NCBI GenBank assembly: GCA_002030045.1
Contig: LQBI01000031.1
Location: forward strand, 94,854-158,853
Direction of reading: 5' to 3'
From: Candidatus Aegiribacteria sp. MLS_C
GTDB taxonomy: Bacteria > Fermentibacterota > Fermentibacteria > Fermentibacterales > JCC-6
Length of the DNA: 64,000 nt
The translations under genes were made by a program, and so were the position numbers. The notes beneath the pieces are model-generated. The model did no database searches. It saw only the letters and a program-made list of their open reading frames with translations, and was not told where the DNA came from. Shown here in pieces: positions 33,244-41,666 of this stretch; the stretch's first letter is position 1; the number at the start of each line of letters is the position of its first letter.

Positions 33244-35655
33244 CTACCTGCAGACTATCACCCTGCCGGTGTGGATACCGCCGGCCGGGTCCGCGGAGCG
33301 GATCATGTACACGCCCTGAGGCACTACGGAGCTGTCCCAGGTGATGGTGTGCTGACCCGCGGCCAGCGGGCCGGAATGGATTGTGGCCACCATCCTGCCC
33401 GCGGTGTCGTAGACGGACATGCTGAAGTCACCGGTGGCGGAGAGCGAGACCGGTATGGAGAGCAGTCCCGACACCGGGTTCGGCCATGGCGTGCCAACCG
33501 AGGTGACCATGGCGCCGGGTCCCTCACCGGTTCCCATGCCGTTGATGACGCCCTCCGCGGGCAGGCAGTTGTGGGCGGTGACCATCCAGAGGATGTCGTT
33601 CAGACCACCGATGGGATCGAAGGTCAGGGTGACGCAGCCGGTGGAATCGGTGACGCCGCTGGCCCAGAGGCTGTCGTGGTAGAGGCAGACGAGGGCGTTG
33701 TTCACCGGCGCCCTGGACAGGTCCACGTAGAAAGCTGCCTCGGTGGATCCCACGGGCAAAGTGTAGGGTGGAACCACGGAGAGTTCCATCGGTACCTCCG
33801 TCCTCATGTCCATGGTCGGGTCGCCGAACCAGTGGAAGAGGTCGTAGGTCGTCTCTGCGTACCACTCCCAGCTTCCATAGGGGTTGAAGGGAGCCGCCAC
33901 GTACATCTCCATCTTGGCGGTGGTGAGGGCCTGGCCCGCCAGGTAGTTGCCGGTGGGGTCGGTGTAGAGGGCCGGAGGTGTCGTGTACTGGTCGACGAAG
34001 GATTTGTGGTGTCCGTAGGTAAGGTAGTCGTTGAAGTAGCTGTAGCTTGAGGCAGTGGCGGCAAAGACCCCTACGGCGCCGCCCTCCATCCTGAAGAAGT
34101 TCTCGGCGAAGCAGTCGCCGGAGAACTGACCCGTGAGGCAGTTGGTGCTCATGACCATGGGGGTCATGTCGCCGTTGCTCAGGCTCGACAGGTTGCTGGT
34201 GTAGAACGGGGGATCGGCCCATCCGCTGATGGACCCGTGGTCGCGGTGCTGCACCAGGAACACCCCGCCGTTGATGGCGTCGGTGATGCCCGCGGCGTTG
34301 CCGTCCCAGACTATGTCTCCGGGTACCATCTGTCCGGCGCTGGGAAGGTCGCTCCTGTAATAGTAGGGGGGCGACTGGGAGGTGTCCTTCACGTACTCGC
34401 GCTGGACCTCCTTGCCGTAGATGTTCATGTAGGTGTCGCGGACGGTTTCCAGCGTGAAGCAGAACCAGCGGGTGGCGACGGTTCCCCCGTTTGCCTGCAG
34501 CATTCCGGCGGTGAGGACGTGTCCCCAGAAGTCCGGGTCCATGAGGGGATCGAACTGCCACTTGAGTATCTTGGCCTCGACTATGGGATAATGGCTGGTC
34601 GGCGTGACGAAGCGGCTGTGGAAGATGTCCGGGAAGTAATCGGAACCGTCGACGCAGACGTACCTGTTGTCGCTGTAGCACCCGGTGGGGGCGCTGTAGC
34701 TTGTGAGGTCCCCCTGGTCGCCCACGAAGAGGACGAAGCTGGGAGGTATTACCCAGTTGTCGTAGGCGTCCTTGATGTAGTTGTAGATCTCGGTCTGGGA
34801 CCAGCTGCCGGCGGCCACGACGGCGGTGAGGTAGCCCTGCCTCATCTTGGCCTCGATGAAGGCGTCCATCATGGTGTCCACGAAGTCGTCGCCTGCTATG
34901 ATGAGCAGGTCGGCGGCGGTTATGTCCCTGGCCTGCCTTATGTTCGAAGCCCTTATCGCCTCTCCGGAAGGTATATGGATCGAGGAAGCGGCTTCTCCCA
35001 GTATGCTGGAATTGACAAGGGTCCTGTAGGTATTGCGGAAGAACCTGCTCAGAAGCCTGGGATCCACCTGCACGGAGCCTCCCAGGTCAACCGTCACTCG
35101 AAGCCTCGGGTGAACGGTCATTACCTGTGTGGCTGCATTCCAGCTGAAGGGAAGGACGGTGAAGCGTCCGATGTTGACACCCCTCATGACGCCGGCTTCC
35201 TCGAAGGCCGCGTCCTGCCGGGGATAGTTTCCCTGAGCGTACATCTCAGGAAGGTAGGTGAAGGGTACCGGGTCGTAGGAGTTGTCCGACGGAATCGGCT
35301 GCATCGGCGAAGGGGAGAACCCTTCCAGCACCACCGGTTCGCCGACGGGCTCGACGGATATCGAGACGTTCGGGGCATCCGGCAGGGCTGCCAGGAAGGA
35401 AACCTTGGGAAGCATCGGGGCGCCTTCCGTCTCGGCGTAGGGGGTCATTGAAGGTACCGAAAGCACGCTGAAGGTCTTCCCCTGCTCCGTGAAGTCGGTG
35501 TAGAAGAACCCGGGCACGGTGATGTCGACCGTGAAACCCGAAGGAGTGCATTCCACGACCTCGAGGCTGGCGTGGCCGAGGTCGGTGATTCCGAAGTCGA
35601 CCCATTCGGCCAGCGACAGGGAGGAAAGCGCTAGAAGGAGGATCAAATGTTTCAT
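33244..35655 (-). CDS. peptidase C25 (gingipain-like) with T9SS C-terminal sorting domain
   Basis: Signal peptide. Gingipain-type blocks (LLIIAGDDFVDT, VLFVGDQGDL, HRDHGS). The C-terminus SMSVYDTAGRMVATI…GVYMIRSADPAGGIHTGRVIVCR is T9SS-tail-like. Confidence 0.8.
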   Translation of the reverse strand: MKHLILLLALSSLSLAEWVDFGITDLGHASLEVVECTPSGFTVDITVPGFFYTDFTEQGKTFSVLSVPSMTPYAETEGAPMLPKVSFLAALPDAPNVSISVEPVGEPVVLEGFSPSPMQPIPSDNSYDPVPFTYLPEMYAQGNYPRQDAAFEEAGVMRGVNIGRFTVLPFSWNAATQVMTVHPRLRVTVDLGGSVQVDPRLLSRFFRNTYRTLVNSSILGEAASSIHIPSGEAIRASNIRQARDITAADLLIIAGDDFVDTMMDAFIEAKMRQGYLTAVVAAGSWSQTEIYNYIKDAYDNWVIPPSFVLFVGDQGDLTSYSAPTGCYSDNRYVCVDGSDYFPDIFHSRFVTPTSHYPIVEAKILKWQFDPLMDPDFWGHVLTAGMLQANGGTVATRWFCFTLETVRDTYMNIYGKEVQREYVKDTSQSPPYYYRSDLPSAGQMVPGDIVWDGNAAGITDAINGGVFLVQHRDHGSISGWADPPFYTSNLSSLSNGDMTPMVMSTNCLTGQFSGDCFAENFFRMEGGAVGVFAATASSYSYFNDYLTYGHHKSFVDQYTTPPALYTDPTGNYLAGQALTTAKMEMYVAAPFNPYGSWEWYAETTYDLFHWFGDPTMDMRTEVPMELSVVPPYTLPVGSTEAAFYVDLSRAPVNNALVCLYHDSLWASGVTDSTGCVTLTFDPIGGLNDILWMVTAHNCLPAEGVINGMGTGEGPGAMVTSVGTPWPNPVSGLLSIPVSLSATGDFSMSVYDTAGRMVATIHSGPLAAGQHTITWDSSVVPQGVYMIRSADPAGGIHTGRVIVCR

Positions 35656-35985
35656 CTTGCTCCTTAACGTTCTTGGTGTGTGTTCCCAACCGGTATAGAA
35701 GGAGTGTACGGGGCTGACGGTTACCGTTTTCGTCAGGATTATAAGAGACTGCCGGGGTGAGGTAAAGTAAGATATTGCGAGTCAATCATATACAGTTATA
35801 CAAATGTTTTTTCGAATCTTACAGTAATAGAACACGTTTGAATGTTATGAATACATTTGATAAGGATTAAAACATGCTGTTTATACCCTCTATCATGAAT
35901 GAGGAATTTAGAATGGCTATTAGCATTATTATTAGTAAAATTTTATATTATCAGTGAAAATGTTCTCGAAGTATCTTCCAGGGCA

Positions 35986-36016
35986 TTGACCGCACCGGGA
36001 CACTTGTCGAATATTC
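35986..36016 (+). promoter_or_regulatory. candidate sigma70-like promoter (TTGACC-N18-AATATT) for the leader upstream of the homocysteine cluster
   Basis: TTGACC at 35986-35991 and AATATT at 36010-36015, in the AT-rich island. Confidence 0.25.
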
Positions 36017-36026
36017 CCGGCTGATC

Positions 36027-36163
36027 GGAGGAGCAGTGATGATACCAAACGCAACATGGAACTCCCGAATGATAATGCCCCGGCCCCGTCAGGGCGCTGC
36101 CGGGTAGACGCTCCTCCACACCTCCGCTGAAACCCCGCAGCCTCTCTGCGGGGCTTTTTCGTT
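36027..36163 (+). promoter_or_regulatory. candidate leader or attenuator: 22-codon leader ORF (36039-36107) whose GGAGGAGC RBS can pair with GCTCCTCC (36110-36117), followed by an intrinsic terminator (36133-36163)
   Basis: GGAGGAGC and its exact complement GCTCCTCC lie 76 nt apart. A nested CCCGGC…GCCGGG helix sits inside. The terminator ccccgcag-cctctc-ctgcgggg plus ctttttcgttt lies 40 nt before the UPF0280 start. Confidence 0.4.
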
Positions 36164-36201
36164 TCCGGGAAGAAGTTTTAACGGGATGAGCGGAGGTAGC
36201 G

Positions 36202-36939
36202 ATGTATACCCACAGGTTCTACAGGACCTGGGTCTCCCACGGAGACCTCTGCAGGTTCAGGATAGTAAGGCACGAAAGCGATCTGCACATTGCAGCGGAC
36301 TGCGATCTCTCCATGGCGGCCTGCGATGCCCTCCACAGGGTCCGCAGGGAACTGGAGGGCTACGCAGACGGCAATGAAGCCTTCCTCCATTCCCTGGTAC
36401 CGGTTACGGTCCCGCCGTCGGCTCCTGAGGTGGCGGTGAGAATGGCTGAAGCGTCCTCCCTCTGGGGAGTGGGACCCATGGCCTCGGTGGCGGGTGCGGT
36501 CGCCGAGAGCGTGGGCCGGGCGCTGGAGGAATGGACGGATACGGTGATAGTGGAGAACGGCGGGGACATCTTCGCGAGGAGCGCCGGGACATTGAATTTC
36601 GTCCTCTACGCCGGGGAGGACTCCCCGTTCAGCGGCAGGATAGGTTTCCGTATCCACGCCCCGGACGGGAAGGGCGTCTGCACCTCTTCTGGCACGGTGG
36701 GCCATTCCCTCTCCTTCGGAAGGGCCGGAGCAGTCACAGTGGTTGCAGGGGACTGCGCCGAGGCCGACGCAGCCGCCACGGCCATAGCCAACATGATATC
36801 AGCCCCCGGGGATCTCGAGGAAACCCTGGAAAGGGTCAGTCTGAGGGGAAGCGTCGAAGGCGTGGTGGCCTGCTGCGGCAGGTCCATCGTCTCCAGGGGG
36901 GTAAGGCTTCTGCCGGTGGAGGGAAGGGAGGGGGCATGA
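36202..36939 (+). CDS. UPF0280-family protein, first gene of the DUF39/NIL-ferredoxin homocysteine-biosynthesis cluster
   Basis: 245 aa; resembles archaeal UPF0280 proteins by recollection, and sits immediately upstream of the NIL-ferredoxin and COG1900 genes. The stop overlaps the next ATG (ATGA). Confidence 0.55.
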   Translation: MYTHRFYRTWVSHGDLCRFRIVRHESDLHIAADCDLSMAACDALHRVRRELEGYADGNEAFLHSLVPVTVPPSAPEVAVRMAEASSLWGVGPMASVAGAVAESVGRALEEWTDTVIVENGGDIFARSAGTLNFVLYAGEDSPFSGRIGFRIHAPDGKGVCTSSGTVGHSLSFGRAGAVTVVAGDCAEADAAATAIANMISAPGDLEETLERVSLRGSVEGVVACCGRSIVSRGVRLLPVEGREGA

Positions 36940-37373
36940 CGGTTTCCATCAGCGTGCTGCTGAGCTTCCCCGGGGAATGCGTCGGCGAACCGGTGATATC
37001 CGGTCTTGTGCGGGAGTGCGGTCTCGAGGTGAACATCCTCCACGCACGCATAAGTCCCAGCGAGGAGGGAAGGATGCTGGCCAGGCTGGAGGGGACGGAG
37101 GATCTGATGGAAAGGGGCTTGGACTACCTTTCCCGACGGGGGGTCGGAGTAACCGTTCCGGGAACCGGCTTCATCTGGGACGAGGATCTCTGCGTGCACT
37201 GCGGAGCCTGTGCCGGCATCTGCCCCGGGGGGGCGTTCACCGTCGATCACGACACTCTCCTGGTTTCCTTCGATATGTCCGGCTGCATCCTGTGCGGGCT
37301 CTGCATGGAGGTCTGCTACTACGGGGCCGTCCAGTCGGTGGAGGATCACATGAAAGGAGGAAGCGGGAAATGA
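36936..37373 (+). CDS. NIL-domain protein fused to a 2x[4Fe-4S] ferredoxin (MA1822-like)
   Basis: NIL-like N-terminus (…GEPVISGLVRECGLEVNILHARI…GRMLARLEG) and CVHCGACAGICP…CILCGLCMEVC. Confidence 0.75.
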   Translation: MTVSISVLLSFPGECVGEPVISGLVRECGLEVNILHARISPSEEGRMLARLEGTEDLMERGLDYLSRRGVGVTVPGTGFIWDEDLCVHCGACAGICPGGAFTVDHDTLLVSFDMSGCILCGLCMEVCYYGAVQSVEDHMKGGSGK

Positions 37374-38509
37374 TGAGGAGCTGGGAGGGAATAAACGAGA
37401 GGATCGACTCGGGAAGGGTAACAGTGGTCACAGCGGAGGAGATGACGGAGATGTCCGCCTCCATTGGGGTTGCAGAGGCCTTCAGGAGAGTGGACGTCGT
37501 TACCACCGGCACATTCTCCCCCATGTGCTCCAGCGGTGTCCTTCTCAACACTGGACACCATTCACCGCGGCTCAATTACCGGAGGGCCTGGCTGAACGGT
37601 GTGCCCGCCTACTCGGGTCTGGCCGCCGTGGACCTGTACGTCGGCGCTACGGCCCGAAGGGAGTCCGGGGACCGTGGAGAGGGCGGAGAATACGGGGGAG
37701 GCCATCTGATCGAGGACCTGGTCGCGGGAAGGCAGGTGAGGCTGACCGCGGAAGGCCACGGCACCGACTGCTATCCGGGAAGGGCCGTTGAGAAGATCAT
37801 CGGCCTTCAGGAGCTGAGGGACGCGTTCCTGGTCAACCCGAGGAACTGCTACCAGAACTACAACGTGGCGGTGAACCGCTCGAAGGAGAGGACCGTCCAC
37901 ACATACATGGGACCCCTGCTGCCGGACATGAGGAACGCCTCGTACAGCAGCGCCGGCCAGCTGTCGCCGCTGATGAACGATCCGGAGTACAGGACCATCG
38001 GAATAGGCTCCAGGGTGTTCCTGGGAGGAGGCATCGGGTACGTATCCTTCAGGGGAACGCAGCACGATCCATCGGTACGGAGGACCGAGGGCGGAATACC
38101 GGAGGGAGGCGCCGGAACACTGTTCCTCACCGGGGATCTCAAAGGGATGTCCCGCGAGTTCCTAAGAGGAGTTAGAATACCAGGTTACGGTGTATCCCTT
38201 GCCGTGGGAGTAGGGACCGCCATACCTCTCCTGGACGAGGAGATGGCCCGCTGCGCAAGCGTGTCGGACAGGGAGATACCGGCCCCCGTGGTGGACTACT
38301 CCGGCGACTACCCGGAAATGAACGGGCGTATAGTGGGAACCACGGACTACGCGGCACTCAGGTCCGGCGAGATATCGCTCCTGAACAGGAGGGTAAGGAC
38401 GGTGCCCCTCTCCAGCTACCCGATGGCGAGAAGGATCGCGCTTAAGCTCCGCAGCATGGTGGAGCAAGGGCTCTTCAGGCTCTGCAGACCCTCGGCGCCG
38501 CTGGAATAG
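37370..38509 (+). CDS. COG1900/DUF39 homocysteine-biosynthesis enzyme (MA1821-like, sulfide-dependent)
   Basis: AGGAGG RBS; ATGATG start overlaps the NIL-ferredoxin stop. 379 aa; DUF39 is seen next to NIL-ferredoxin as in methanogens. Confidence 0.75.
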   Translation: MMRSWEGINERIDSGRVTVVTAEEMTEMSASIGVAEAFRRVDVVTTGTFSPMCSSGVLLNTGHHSPRLNYRRAWLNGVPAYSGLAAVDLYVGATARRESGDRGEGGEYGGGHLIEDLVAGRQVRLTAEGHGTDCYPGRAVEKIIGLQELRDAFLVNPRNCYQNYNVAVNRSKERTVHTYMGPLLPDMRNASYSSAGQLSPLMNDPEYRTIGIGSRVFLGGGIGYVSFRGTQHDPSVRRTEGGIPEGGAGTLFLTGDLKGMSREFLRGVRIPGYGVSLAVGVGTAIPLLDEEMARCASVSDREIPAPVVDYSGDYPEMNGRIVGTTDYAALRSGEISLLNRRVRTVPLSSYPMARRIALKLRSMVEQGLFRLCRPSAPLE

Positions 38510-38589
38510 AGTGTTCGCGGAATAGCATGTTCAGACCCCCTGTATTATCATAGTCGTCGGAAAACAAGAAACCGAGGGGAGATCCTTTC

Positions 38590-40152
38590 ATGAAGAATTA
38601 CGTTTGCGCCCTTGCGGCTGCCGTTATGCTGGTCGTCTCGTGCGGGACCGGAGTCGTGGCTCCCGGAAACGAGATGAGGTGTTCGCTCCCGGAGAAGACA
38701 CATACGCTTTCCGACGCCTGGCATGATGGGGAGAGCATCCTCCTCTCCCTCGGGATGCCCATGGCCATGGACGTCTATACGGAGGCCCACGGAATATCCG
38801 GCAGCGGCATAATGGTCATCGACGTCAGGAGCCACGATTTCGACCCGATTGCAGCGGTCATCGACGGACAGGGGAGCCTTGTGGCCCTGTGCGATGACTG
38901 GAAGGACAGCAGCAACGCCAGAATAGTCCTGAACGGTGCCCCTTCGGGAGGCCGGCTGCTTGTCTTCTCACCGGATGATTCCCGGGGGCTGTATGACGTG
39001 GTTGTGAGGGAAGGAACACAGCAGGACCTGGAAGCCTTCTCAGGCGCCATGGACCTCTCCTCCGGCCAGGTGAGAGGATGGATGGAGGCCGGTTCCTACA
39101 ACCCGGTCCTGGAGACCGTCCTCAGGGAGAGCCTGGAGCAGAACGTCTACAACTACAACTATTCCCAGGCCCAGCTCTTCCCGTTCTCGCTGGACGGGGA
39201 GGAACTGGTGTCCCTGAGCCTGGAGTCAGTCGAGTTCGACACCTACCTGGTGCTGGTGTCAGTAGAGGATGGTTCCTACGGTTTCGTGGCATACAACGAC
39301 GATTACAGCGGGTCCGACTCCCGGATCATCAGCAGCCTGGAGGCCGGGGACTACCTGGCCGTGGTGATGCCCTACGCGACTGGCGAAACGGGGGAGTTCG
39401 CACTTCGACTGGAGAAGATGGACAGCGGTGCCCTTGAGGCATCCGGTGTGGATGCCGGCGAGCAGGGCGTCGAATACTCGGGCATGATTCGGGAAGACGC
39501 CAGCCTGGCGCTGGCCTGGTGGCCGGACATGGCGGACAGCTGGGAGGTGCCGTCCTTCCTCGATCCCTTCAGCCCGGTCGCCGGTTTCACTTTTACGGTC
39601 CATGAACCTTCGGTCTACAGCCTGGAGGCCCGGGGGGAAATCGACGTCTGCCTGACCCTGCTGAGGGAACAGGACGGGTACATGGAACTTGCGGGCTCAA
39701 ACGACGACAACATCGACATGGGAACCGACTCGAGGATAACGGGTCCCCTGGTACCCGGCGAGTACACGGCACTGGTTTCGGCCTACAGCGGCGGCGAAGG
39801 AGGCCCGGTGACCTTCTCATGGCGGATGGAGGACTCGATTATCGAATCCCTCACACCGGGAAGGCCGGTGGATGCTTACGCCCCCTACGAGACCCCCAGT
39901 CTCATCTACAGTCTGGAGGCCGTTCCCGGAAGGACCTATTCGATCTCCGTCGAGAGCGTCGATCTCGACCCGGTGACGACCCTTTACCTGCCCGACGGCC
40001 AGAGCATGTACGACGACGACGGAGGGGAGGGGACCAACTCCCTCCTCACGTTCACTCCCGCACCCGCTCAGGCGGGTACATGCTTCCTTGTGGTGGAGAA
40101 GTACTCGGAAGGCACCGGGACCTTCAGCATACTGCTGGAGCAGCAGAGGTAG
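38590..40152 (+). CDS. lipoprotein with tandem PPC (pre-peptidase C-terminal)-like beta-sandwich domains
   Basis: Lipobox VVSCGTG. Repeated units of the type DTYLVLVSVEDGSYGFVAYNDDYSGSDSRI…GDYLAVVMPYATGETGEFALRL. Confidence 0.6.
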   Translation: MKNYVCALAAAVMLVVSCGTGVVAPGNEMRCSLPEKTHTLSDAWHDGESILLSLGMPMAMDVYTEAHGISGSGIMVIDVRSHDFDPIAAVIDGQGSLVALCDDWKDSSNARIVLNGAPSGGRLLVFSPDDSRGLYDVVVREGTQQDLEAFSGAMDLSSGQVRGWMEAGSYNPVLETVLRESLEQNVYNYNYSQAQLFPFSLDGEELVSLSLESVEFDTYLVLVSVEDGSYGFVAYNDDYSGSDSRIISSLEAGDYLAVVMPYATGETGEFALRLEKMDSGALEASGVDAGEQGVEYSGMIREDASLALAWWPDMADSWEVPSFLDPFSPVAGFTFTVHEPSVYSLEARGEIDVCLTLLREQDGYMELAGSNDDNIDMGTDSRITGPLVPGEYTALVSAYSGGEGGPVTFSWRMEDSIIESLTPGRPVDAYAPYETPSLIYSLEAVPGRTYSISVESVDLDPVTTLYLPDGQSMYDDDGGEGTNSLLTFTPAPAQAGTCFLVVEKYSEGTGTFSILLEQQR

Positions 40153-40191
40153 GTCTTCCGCCCGTGACCCGGCGGGGCGGCAGCCTGGCTG

Positions 40192-41430
40192 CTACTCCCT
40201 TTCGGGAAGAAGCGAGCGCATGTTGACCGTGGAGGGTATCACCGGGTAGTCTATCACGACCCTGTAGGTCCTGAAGAGATTCGGGTCCCAGTCCAGCCTT
40301 GCGAACACATCCTCCATCATCTCGGTGTACCATGGAAGATATGGTGAGTACATGGCCCGGACGCCGAATCCCAGCTTCTGTATGGATGCCTCTATCGGAA
40401 GACAGCTGTTGGGATTGCGGAATTCCGCCGCCCTGGCCCAGTCGTAGCCGGTGAACTCCCCGAAGACGAACAACTCCGGATCCATGGGGCCTATCAGGTC
40501 CCTGTGGACTATCTGGTCGAAGACCAGCCGTTCCACAGGCGTCCTGGACCTGACCAGCACCTCCCGGTACCTGTCCTCCCTGGTCCTGTAGCTTGAGAAC
40601 ACGCTCCTGGCAACCTGTGCGGTAATGCAGGTCATTGCCTCGGTATTGCCTATGGGAGCTTCCTCCAGTTCGTGGACCACCCGTCCCTCGCATTTCCTGG
40701 AGCTTACCACGTTGGGCAGGGGCGCGGAGCAGAAGCTGTAGTAGAAAGGGACGCCCATGTGGTTCTCCGTACCCTCCGGGCATGCCTCCAGGGGCTGCAC
40801 CTGTACGAAGCTCTTCGGGACGTTCTCGTCGTCGGTGAAGTACGCCCACTCCAGGAGCCAGGGCACGTTGGGCCTGTTCCTGCGGAAATCGACGAACCCC
40901 CTGATACTGGCGATGTCATGGTACAGGCCGTCATCCGAAGGACAGAAGACCCATGTGCAGAGCTGGGTGGCGGCCTGTACTCCCAGCAGGTGGCTGTAGG
41001 CGGTGAAAGCGGCCTTCTGCTGGGACAGGAACGCCTTCGACCTGCCCTTGTCGGAGCAGGCCAGGAGCATAAGGTCGAACTCCTTCCTGCTGTCCGCATG
41101 CTTTTCAACCATCTCGTCGAAGGCCTGGCACGCTTCCCTTGCCCGTTTCAGGAGCTTCTTCGAAGTGCCGAGCTTCTTGCACAGCTTCATGAAGTTGCGG
41201 CAGGCGGCCTTGCCCGGCACGAACTGGGCGGCAAGGAAGGGGTCATCCTCGCAGATCACGTTGTAGATCTTCCATCCCAGCTTCTTGTCTATGTTCAGCT
41301 TCTTGTAGACGTCCCGCGGGTTGTCAACGGATATGTCGAGCCCGTGGAGTATCTCTCCGAGGATGTTCTTCATCATGACTACCGTGGAACTGATGTCCTC
41401 ACCGAAACACATGCTGTCGTAGTTCTCCAT
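40192..41430 (-). CDS. hypothetical cytoplasmic protein, unknown family
   Basis: Start chosen at MENYDSM, preceded by AGGAAAGGAAAA. The ORF is open to 41535, but the first 35 codons are a CCCC-containing probable non-coding stretch. Confidence 0.5.
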   Translation of the reverse strand: MENYDSMCFGEDISSTVVMMKNILGEILHGLDISVDNPRDVYKKLNIDKKLGWKIYNVICEDDPFLAAQFVPGKAACRNFMKLCKKLGTSKKLLKRAREACQAFDEMVEKHADSRKEFDLMLLACSDKGRSKAFLSQQKAAFTAYSHLLGVQAATQLCTWVFCPSDDGLYHDIASIRGFVDFRRNRPNVPWLLEWAYFTDDENVPKSFVQVQPLEACPEGTENHMGVPFYYSFCSAPLPNVVSSRKCEGRVVHELEEAPIGNTEAMTCITAQVARSVFSSYRTREDRYREVLVRSRTPVERLVFDQIVHRDLIGPMDPELFVFGEFTGYDWARAAEFRNPNSCLPIEASIQKLGFGVRAMYSPYLPWYTEMMEDVFARLDWDPNLFRTYRVVIDYPVIPSTVNMRSLLPERE

Positions 41431-41666
41431 AATCCGTTTTCCTTTCCTGAACAGGCATTTACTATGTTCGATCCGGTCAGGCGAAACAAGACTCCGGCAG
41501 CAGCAGCAATGGGGGACAATTGCAGTTCTTGACACGTTTCTGGAAACAGTCGATATTTACCTCCGTAGCCAGGACTGACAGGGAATTGCCGGTCCGGGAA
41601 CCCGAAGGCGTTGCTGCTGTTCCTTTTCATAGTCATCCTGTATGTTATTGCTCGAAAGGAGAAGAC

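Noticed and set aside
36027-36163. Assignment of the leader to a known SAM, SAH, T-box or ZTP riboswitch class
   Set aside because: None of the conserved cores I can recall (SAM-I UUAUCAAGAG / GGUGC, T-box AGGGUGGNACCGCG, ZTP CCGCCUGGGC) are present. It is left as an unclassified attenuator-like element.
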